A stretch of 64,000 nucleotides of DNA from contig JANTGA010000001.1 of the NCBI GenBank assembly GCA_024763175.1, forward strand, positions 32,767 to 96,766. Direction: 5' to 3'. This document shows positions 12,140 to 18,779 of this stretch, piece by piece. The notes under the pieces were generated by a model. The model was not told the origin of the DNA, ran no database searches, and saw nothing but the letters and a program-made list of their open reading frames with translations. Every line of letters starts with the position of its first letter. The first letter of the stretch is position 1. The DNA is from Sulfurovum sp. (GTDB lineage Bacteria > Campylobacterota > Campylobacteria > Campylobacterales > Sulfurovaceae). The position numbers and the translations under genes are program-made.

Positions 12140-12649
12140 ATGGCAATCGAAAAAGAAAATAGTGTTGTAGCTATCGAATATGAAGTAAAAGAAGCGGGTA
12201 CGACAGAAGTCGTTGATTCAAACAAAGGTGCTCAGCCACTGGAGTTCATCACAGGAAAAGGTCACATTATCCCAGGTTTGGAAAATGCTTTGGTTGGAAT
12301 GAACAAAGGTGAAAGCGGCGATATCAAAGTTGACGCAGCAGATGCCTACGGCGAGCTTAACCCCGAAGCGATCCAAACAATTCCAAAAGATCAATTTGAA
12401 GGAATCGACCTCAAAGAGGGTATGATGCTTTATGGACAGGGTGAAGGCGGACAGACTGTACAGGTTGTGGTCAAGTCATTTACAGATAATGATGTAACTA
12501 TCGATTACAACCACCCTCTGGCAGGAAAGAACTTGATGTTTACTGTCACAGTTTTGGACGAGAGAGAAGCAACATCTGATGAAGCAACAAGCGGTCAAGT
12601 TGGCGGTGCTCAAGAGCATTGTTCGGACGGAAGCTGCGGCTGCCACTAA
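12140..12649 (+). CDS. slyD: FKBP-type peptidyl-prolyl isomerase SlyD
   Basis: 169 aa with FKBP plus an IF insert (DYNHPLAGKNLMFTVTVLD) and a short Cys/His C-terminal tail (QEHCSDGSCGCH). Confidence 0.88.
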   Translation: MAIEKENSVVAIEYEVKEAGTTEVVDSNKGAQPLEFITGKGHIIPGLENALVGMNKGESGDIKVDAADAYGELNPEAIQTIPKDQFEGIDLKEGMMLYGQGEGGQTVQVVVKSFTDNDVTIDYNHPLAGKNLMFTVTVLDEREATSDEATSGQVGGAQEHCSDGSCGCH

Positions 12650-12686
12650 TCCCGGATTATCTTTCCAGGCAGTGTTGCTGCTCTTC

Positions 12687-12715
12687 TTGGAGAGATGCGC
12701 TATGCATCTCTCCAA
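12687..12715 (+). terminator. Strong stem-loop downstream of slyD
   Basis: TTGGAGAGATGC-gctat-GCATCTCTCCAA is a perfect 12-bp stem with a 5-nt loop. No clear T-tract follows, so it may be a terminator or a stability/regulatory hairpin. Confidence 0.45.
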
Positions 12716-12772
12716 TACCTCATCTCCAGTTCTCAGATCACTCCCCTTCTTTTAAAAATAAGGAAATAAACT

Positions 12773-14380
12773 ATGCTTGAAATCATTGTATTGACGATCT
12801 TCATTGCGATCATCTCCAACCTCTTTCTCAGTAGATTGCATATCCCTACGATCATAGGGTATATCGCAACGGGCGCCATTATTACCTATTTTATGAATCT
12901 GACCGATGCGTCTCAATCCAAAACACTGGAGATAGTGGCTGAGTTTGGGATTGTATTTTTGATGTTTACGATCGGTCTGGAGTTTTCGATCCACCATCTC
13001 GTAAAGATGCGCAAAGAGGTGTTTCTCTATGGGGGACTGCAAGTCGGTCTGAGTGCCGTGGTCTTCTATTTGGTTGGTCACTACTATTTTGGTGTAGAGC
13101 CAAAGGCATCGATTGTTATCGCGGCAGCATTGTCGCTCTCTTCGACTGCGATTGTACTGAAGATACTCAACAGTAACCGGGAGATCAACAAGGAGTATGG
13201 TAAACGCTCGCTGGGTATTTTGATTTTTCAGGATATTATGGTGATTCCTATTCTCTTGATGATTAGTATCTTTTCTGCAGAGAGTGTTTCACTGGGCTCG
13301 CTGTTACTGAAGACACTTTTTGATGCGGCGATACTGTTTGTTGTGCTGTGGGGGTTTGGGAGATATATTCTTGATCCTTTTTTGGGTGAAGTGGTCAAGA
13401 GCAATTCGGATGAAATATTTATCGGTTCCGTTCTCTTTTTGGTTATCGGTGCATCGACACTTGCACATGACCTTGGTTTTTCCTATTCGCTTGGTGCCTT
13501 TATTGCGGGGATGATTATCTCTGAGACACGTTACAAATACCAGGTTGAAGCAGACTTGATCCCATTCCGTGATCTCCTGTTGGGCATCTTTTTTATTACT
13601 GTAGGGATGCAGATCAATTTCTCTATCGTTGCTGAGTACTATATGACTATATTGGGGTTGCTGCTGCTCTTTACCGTCGTGAAGATGTCGATTATCTATC
13701 TGCTCTTGAGGTGGACGGCGGGGCAGCGTGTCGCATTGAAGACATCACTTGCACTTTTTCAGCTCGGTGAGTTCGGTCTTGTGGTTTTCGAGCTGGCAGG
13801 TTCTCACAGCCTGGTAGACCCCACGATTTCGCAAGTTTTGATCGTGACGATTATCCTCTCGATGATCTTGACACCTTTTGTACTGCGCAATCTCTCTTCG
13901 ATCGCTGATTTGATTCTGAAAGAGGAGGAGCCGACGTCCATTGAGAGCTATGGGGTGGATCGACTGAAGAACCATATCATTGTTCTAGGCTATGGACGTC
14001 TGGGACGCAAGATATGTGAGAAACTGGAAGCAGCCTCTATGCAGTATATTGCCATAGAGAGCAATATCTACAATGTCAAAGAGGCACAAAAGCAAGGGAA
14101 AAATGTCATTTTTGGTAATGCCGGCAAAAAGAGTATCCTTGAATCTGTCAATATTCACGAGGCCTCTACAGTGATCGTAGCATTGGACAACATGGAGAAA
14201 CTGCATTTGGTGTGTGACATACTGGAGAAAATGGCGCCCAGGGCTAAGATCGTCGCAAAAGTTAACCGTTTCAAAGAGAAAGACGCACTCATAGAGGAGT
14301 TTCCTCACTATGAGATCGTCGTAGGTACAGAGCAGGTGGCGAGAGGTATGTTCGAAGCATCCAAGGTTTGCAGGATTTAG
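12773..14380 (+). CDS. CPA2-family cation:proton antiporter with C-terminal RCK/TrkA-N domain (KefB/KefC-like)
   Basis: 535 aa with about 12 hydrophobic segments, followed by a Rossmann motif (IIVLGYGRLGRKI). Confidence 0.85.
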   Translation: MLEIIVLTIFIAIISNLFLSRLHIPTIIGYIATGAIITYFMNLTDASQSKTLEIVAEFGIVFLMFTIGLEFSIHHLVKMRKEVFLYGGLQVGLSAVVFYLVGHYYFGVEPKASIVIAAALSLSSTAIVLKILNSNREINKEYGKRSLGILIFQDIMVIPILLMISIFSAESVSLGSLLLKTLFDAAILFVVLWGFGRYILDPFLGEVVKSNSDEIFIGSVLFLVIGASTLAHDLGFSYSLGAFIAGMIISETRYKYQVEADLIPFRDLLLGIFFITVGMQINFSIVAEYYMTILGLLLLFTVVKMSIIYLLLRWTAGQRVALKTSLALFQLGEFGLVVFELAGSHSLVDPTISQVLIVTIILSMILTPFVLRNLSSIADLILKEEEPTSIESYGVDRLKNHIIVLGYGRLGRKICEKLEAASMQYIAIESNIYNVKEAQKQGKNVIFGNAGKKSILESVNIHEASTVIVALDNMEKLHLVCDILEKMAPRAKIVAKVNRFKEKDALIEEFPHYEIVVGTEQVARGMFEASKVCRI

Positions 14381-14544
14381 AAATCCGAGAGAGACTTATT
14401 CTTTGACCGTTTGAGATCTGGTCAGTTTCTGAGGCTACTTAAAAGCCCCCTTTCACCAACTATTAGATAGAATATTTCCATCAATTCGGACGATGCAGGG
14501 GATAGATTTTCTTGTGTCGTTCGGGATCAAATGAAGGAGTGTCA

Positions 14545-15483
14545 ATGTCAGTCAAGTGTGCATTTTTATTCCCGGGACAGGGTTCCCAGGCTGTTGGAAT
14601 GGGTCAGGATTTTTTTGAGAAGAGTGCAGTCGCCAGAGAGATGATCGAAGCAGCAGGAGATCGAACGGGGATCGATTTTGAGCGATTGCTTTTTACTGAA
14701 AATGAAGATTTGGAGAAGACGGAGTTTACGCAGCCGGCGATTTTGCTCGTCAGTGCGATCGCCCATCGACTCTTTGAAAATGAGATGGCGATCAGGCCGG
14801 TTTTTGCTTTGGGCCATTCGCTGGGAGAGTTTTCTGCTTTGGTCAGTGTCGGTGCACTTGATACCTTCGATGCAGTCGCACTGGTCAATCTCCGCGGCAA
14901 GTTGATGGCAGAGGCTTGTGAAGGTCAGGACGTAGGGATGATGGTTTCTCTGGGCTTGGGAGATGAAGTGGTCGAAGAGATCTGTACCACCCAGAGAGAG
15001 CAGGGGATGAGAGTCTGGCCTGTCAACTACAATGCAGAAGGACAGATCGTCATCGCCGGGATCAAGTCTGATCTTGTGAAACTCGAGCCGGTACTCAAAG
15101 AGGCCAAAGCGAGACGCGCCATGCTGCTCAACATGTCTGTCGCCAGCCACTGCCCACTACTCGAAAGTGCCACAGAGCCACTGGCAGAAAAACTCTCCGA
15201 GATGCTCAGAGACACATTCATCGCACCGGTGATCTCCAATGTCACGGCAGAAAAATACAGCACCAAAGCCGAAGCACTCGATCTGCTCCCCCGCCAGCTA
15301 ATCTCACCGGTACTTTATAAGCAATCGATCGCAAAGTTCGATGATGAGGTAGATTGTTATGTTGAATTTGGCCACGGAGGCGTACTCAAAGGCCTCAACA
15401 GACGCGCCACCAAGAAACCGCACTATGTCGTTTCAGATATGGCATCATTGCAGGAAGCAGTCTCGGAGATCGCTAAGCTATAG
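14545..15483 (+). CDS. fabD: Malonyl-CoA:ACP transacylase
   Basis: FLFPGQGSQAVGMG and the active-site GHSLGEFSAL are present. ATG 14545 follows AAGGAG; the ORF track starts upstream at TTG 14512, which lacks an RBS. Confidence 0.93.
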   Translation: MSVKCAFLFPGQGSQAVGMGQDFFEKSAVAREMIEAAGDRTGIDFERLLFTENEDLEKTEFTQPAILLVSAIAHRLFENEMAIRPVFALGHSLGEFSALVSVGALDTFDAVALVNLRGKLMAEACEGQDVGMMVSLGLGDEVVEEICTTQREQGMRVWPVNYNAEGQIVIAGIKSDLVKLEPVLKEAKARRAMLLNMSVASHCPLLESATEPLAEKLSEMLRDTFIAPVISNVTAEKYSTKAEALDLLPRQLISPVLYKQSIAKFDDEVDCYVEFGHGGVLKGLNRRATKKPHYVVSDMASLQEAVSEIAKL

Positions 15484-15516
15484 TCGTCCTGCCTAGATAC
15501 AAATGACTAAGCTTAT

Positions 15517-15556
15517 GCAGTTTTCCTTTTGGAAGGGAAAACTGCGAGGGTTTTTT
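15517..15556. terminator. Intrinsic terminator between convergent fabD and the island operon
   Basis: GCAGTTTTCC-(9 nt)-GGAAAACTGC forms a 10-bp stem at 15517-15545, followed by TTTTTT at 15551-15556 on the plus strand. It lies downstream of both convergent genes. Confidence 0.6.
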
Positions 15557-16582
15557 CTATAGACGAAGCTGAAGATTCAGTGTGACAAGATCAATCTCTT
15601 TATTGGTAAGCGGTGTATCTCCCTTTTCGTATTTTAAGCTCAGGCCAACATTGTCGTTAAGCCACCAGGTGCTTCCTATCTTAAGAATATCAGAATAACC
15701 ATCTAGATCCCCACTAAAGTCATACCAAATATTATAAGTACCGTATACCTCCCATGGAGAAGATTTTCCAAAAAGTTTGAATCTCAATTCCAGCGAAGTG
15801 GTTATGGCAAATATATTGTCGTGCTCTTGACGGTCAATATAAGCACTTTCGGAGAGAACTCGACTATATATGAGGCCGGGGATGATCCGCAATAAATATA
15901 CTATTCCTGTACTCTCCCTATTACTATTGTCCATCAAGCCATGCCAGCTACCGGTTTTGAATCGTTCTCCAAACATGACTGTCGGCTCGTATTTAAATTC
16001 AACATTGATCATTGCGCCCTCAAAGTCAAAATCTGTCATATAAGAAAGGGAGAAATAATAATCATCTCTCCATTGAGCCAATCCTTTGAGGTTTCCGGAT
16101 GAATCTCTCTCCCTACGTACTCTATGTGATATTGCATAATCAATAGGAAGATAAAAAGACAACTCTTCTGTGTTTGCCTGCCTGTTCCACTTTATTGTGG
16201 GGAGCAGTGCAAGTTTTGTATAGACAAATTTGTTCCAATCCTCAGAATCTCGTCTCGGCTGATATCTTTTACTGATTGGATAAATGAGGGCACCTTTTGA
16301 TTGCCATATTCCGGTATCTTCAATTCGGTCATTGGCATAACTGATAAAAGCTCCATCTACCTCTTTGAGGCCCTTATCCCAGTCTTCGTATTTCTCCCGG
16401 AGTCGTACCGGTCCAAATGTACTATTTGTATCCTTGGACACCTTTGTTTTATACGTCAACTTAGCTAACTTAGAAATAGTATTATTACTATCGGATTTAT
16501 TTTCATCTTTAGCATAAGTCAAAGAGGTAAAAAGAAATAGACATAGAAAAAATAAGAAAAATACAGGTTTTTTAGTTCTCAT
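15557..16582 (-). CDS. Hypothetical secreted beta-rich protein (possible outer-membrane protein)
   Basis: 341 aa with signal peptide MRTKKPVFFLFFLCLFLFTSLTYA|KD. Aromatic-rich with alternating patterns toward the C-terminus (VGLSLKYEKG, VTLNLQLRL). ATGA overlap with the upstream gene. No family recognised. Confidence 0.65.
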   Translation of the reverse strand: MRTKKPVFFLFFLCLFLFTSLTYAKDENKSDSNNTISKLAKLTYKTKVSKDTNSTFGPVRLREKYEDWDKGLKEVDGAFISYANDRIEDTGIWQSKGALIYPISKRYQPRRDSEDWNKFVYTKLALLPTIKWNRQANTEELSFYLPIDYAISHRVRRERDSSGNLKGLAQWRDDYYFSLSYMTDFDFEGAMINVEFKYEPTVMFGERFKTGSWHGLMDNSNRESTGIVYLLRIIPGLIYSRVLSESAYIDRQEHDNIFAITTSLELRFKLFGKSSPWEVYGTYNIWYDFSGDLDGYSDILKIGSTWWLNDNVGLSLKYEKGDTPLTNKEIDLVTLNLQLRL

Positions 16583-17280
16583 AGTCTAAACTCCTTATCA
16601 ATATACTTGTAAAAGATTCTGTTGGCAAGATCTTCTACTGTAGTAACATGTATTAAATCATTAATATCAGCAGTCGAATAATATCGTCCAAAAAAATCGT
16701 CACCATCAATCCAGCCCGCGAGCTCCTCATAGTCCTTTTCGCCATTAAAATATAGATCTTTTTTTAGATTGCTTGCAGGCTGGACATCCTTCAAAGCATA
16801 ACCCATGTAACAAGCAATCATTTTTCTCGTTATATCAAGCACCTGACTGTATGTAATTTTATGTTGAGGAAGTGTTGGCGTGCATTGTTCGCTTTTGTTG
16901 TGAACCCTGGAAATATTACTCTTTAGCAGATTATCTTTCTTTTCTATCTTATCTTTCCGACTATGTTTTTCCCATATTACCTCATAAAGATCCCGAATAG
17001 TATCAGCTTTCTCAAGGTCATCAGCATTGACGTCTACTTCAACATCCCTGAAAAAGACATTTTCTGTCAACCCTTTGAGACTCTTTTTCTCCTCTTTGCT
17101 GTACCCCAGATCATCTTCCAGCTTTTTCCCGACTGCGACATCATCCCAGTCCAATCCTCTATCGAAAGCGATCATATGCTTCGTTCTGTTCATTGCTTCC
17201 CTTTTCGTCATCTGGAAAGTTCCGTCTGCAGACCTGCTCAGTCGAAATGATATGACTCGGTCATTATTTTTGTTTAGCAT
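16579..17280 (-). CDS. Hypothetical protein with two tandem ACP-like/DUF1493-like helical modules
   Basis: 233 aa. The internal duplication is visible by eye (aa ~24-105 versus ~142-228), with an ACP-type pattern (DDLGYSKEEKKSL / KDLYFNGEKDYEEL; TIRDLYEVI / TVEDLANRI). RBS GGAGGAAAAG lies upstream. Confidence 0.65.
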   Translation of the reverse strand: MLNKNNDRVISFRLSRSADGTFQMTKREAMNRTKHMIAFDRGLDWDDVAVGKKLEDDLGYSKEEKKSLKGLTENVFFRDVEVDVNADDLEKADTIRDLYEVIWEKHSRKDKIEKKDNLLKSNISRVHNKSEQCTPTLPQHKITYSQVLDITRKMIACYMGYALKDVQPASNLKKDLYFNGEKDYEELAGWIDGDDFFGRYYSTADINDLIHVTTVEDLANRIFYKYIDKEFRL

Positions 17281-17358
17281 CTTTTCCTCCTGGAAAATAT
17301 TTTGCGATTATCTCCAGGTTTTACCTGGGGATGACTCCTTTGATTGATAAGAGTAAAT

Positions 17359-18537
17359 CTAAGGTAATTTTACCACTCTTATTTTTGGGCTCACACTTGA
17401 GTCGATCTTGTAGTCCATTTCAGAGAATGCTACCAGCGAATCTGATGAAATTACTTTTCCGTCTTTGTCTGCCAGGATGTAGGTAACGGTACCTCCTCCA
17501 ATATAGGCAGTATGACCGGAACTGAAAATCCGCTTCTCGGTGATAGCCTCACCGCCACTTGACGAGATCTCAAGATAAAGAAGATGCGTGATGACCATCT
17601 TTCTGATATGCTCTTGCACCATAGCCGAAACAATAAGGGGCTGACTCTGATCTTTTTCGGTAGTCATAATGGAGTCAATAAAAGCATCAAAAACCTTTAG
17701 AATATTTGTAGATTCTTTAATAGCCGATTCTCCCTCCTCCTCCTTTGACAGTAATTCCTTGCTCTCATCCAGCTCTTTTCTCTTCTGTATCAATTCCTCT
17801 AACTCTTTCAAAAGACTTGATTCGCTGACCATATTAAAATTGATGATGTGTACATTGTATTTGTCGCTGATCTTTCCCGCGACTATCGCAGCCATTGCGT
17901 CGCTGTCTAGCTTGAAATCTTGGCCCTTGATGCTATAGTCAACTTTAAAATATCCGACTATATCTGCTATGGCGCTAATGATACCTGATGCGGTAGAAAC
18001 TGCTTCGATAACTCTTTTTGTGCCCGTATTCTTGGCGGCTTCGACAACTCTTTTTTTGCCCGCACTCTCGGCGGTAGGTGTTACTTTTTTTTGTTCAGGC
18101 ATTGGTGGATTCTTTAATTTCTTGTTCTCTTTAATCTGCTTATCAAATATGCCCTGAAACAATGAAAACTGATTATTGATTTGCATCAAAGAAAAATCTT
18201 TCTCCGCAAAATTCAATTGATCCACTATGAGAATTCTACTCCCCGGAGGCAATTGTGATTTTTTGATTTGCTCCCCTGCTTTTTCGGCACTCGACTTCAT
18301 TGCATGGTAAGCTACCAATTCAGATAAATATCCAAACTTATCATCTGCGTCGATCGTGCCTTCCAGTGCTTTCGTGTCTCCTTTTGGAAGATTGATCTCT
18401 CTCGCTTCTTTTTTCGACTTGGCAATCTCCAGCTCAGCTTTTGCGGCAGCCTCTTTTTCTTGGGCTATTTTAGTTTCTTTCTTAAGTTCCTTTAGCTGAT
18501 CGTTTGAGTCATTTTTATCTTTTTTATCTCTACGCAT
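17359..18537 (-). CDS. Hypothetical charged coiled-coil protein, no recognisable domain
   Basis: 392 aa with no signal peptide, no Cys and no Trp. Lys/Glu-rich N-terminus (KELKKETKIAQEKEAAAKAELEIAKSKKEA). First gene of the three-gene minus-strand operon. Confidence 0.65.
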   Translation of the reverse strand: MRRDKKDKNDSNDQLKELKKETKIAQEKEAAAKAELEIAKSKKEAREINLPKGDTKALEGTIDADDKFGYLSELVAYHAMKSSAEKAGEQIKKSQLPPGSRILIVDQLNFAEKDFSLMQINNQFSLFQGIFDKQIKENKKLKNPPMPEQKKVTPTAESAGKKRVVEAAKNTGTKRVIEAVSTASGIISAIADIVGYFKVDYSIKGQDFKLDSDAMAAIVAGKISDKYNVHIINFNMVSESSLLKELEELIQKRKELDESKELLSKEEEGESAIKESTNILKVFDAFIDSIMTTEKDQSQPLIVSAMVQEHIRKMVITHLLYLEISSSGGEAITEKRIFSSGHTAYIGGGTVTYILADKDGKVISSDSLVAFSEMDYKIDSSVSPKIRVVKLP

Positions 18538-18779
18538 ACTATAAAGTCCTTTTTTTATTATAGCATCAGTTTAAAATAGAATCAAAGAGTATTGTGAGAA
18601 TAACTTGCTTTATTGGGATAAATTACTGTAAATGTTACACTTATATTTGACTCTTAAGAAATCAAGAGGTAATAATGAATACTAAATAGTCAATAGTAAT
18701 TGGGGATAAATTAAGTAATATTAATTTATACTATATAGTAATTAAATTTATGTAAATACTAATTCTAAAGGAGTCAAAT

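Noticed and set aside
14512-14544. The upstream TTG start for fabD given in the ORF track. The same issue applies to 20401 (mtnN), 21828 (rluD), 23921 (ftsE), 25477 (envC), 39268 (ppa), 40360 (rlpA) and 51161 (ybeY).
   Set aside because: The N-terminal extensions lack an RBS, overlap upstream genes extensively, or add implausible residues before well-conserved N-termini. Internal ATG codons with Shine-Dalgarno sequences were preferred.
15557-16582. Considered outer-membrane phospholipase A (PldA), given the neighbouring lipase-like gene and the similar size.
   Set aside because: The OMPLA catalytic signature (H-x-S-N-G) is not present; the closest string is DNSNRES, without the His. The rest of the sequence does not parallel E. 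coli OMPLA as I recall it.
16579-17280. Treating the tandem ACP-like protein as a genuine acyl carrier protein functionally linked to the nearby fabD.
   Set aside because: The phosphopantetheine-attachment Ser is out of register or missing in both modules. fabD is on the opposite strand, beyond a terminator and another gene, and the composition indicates a different origin.
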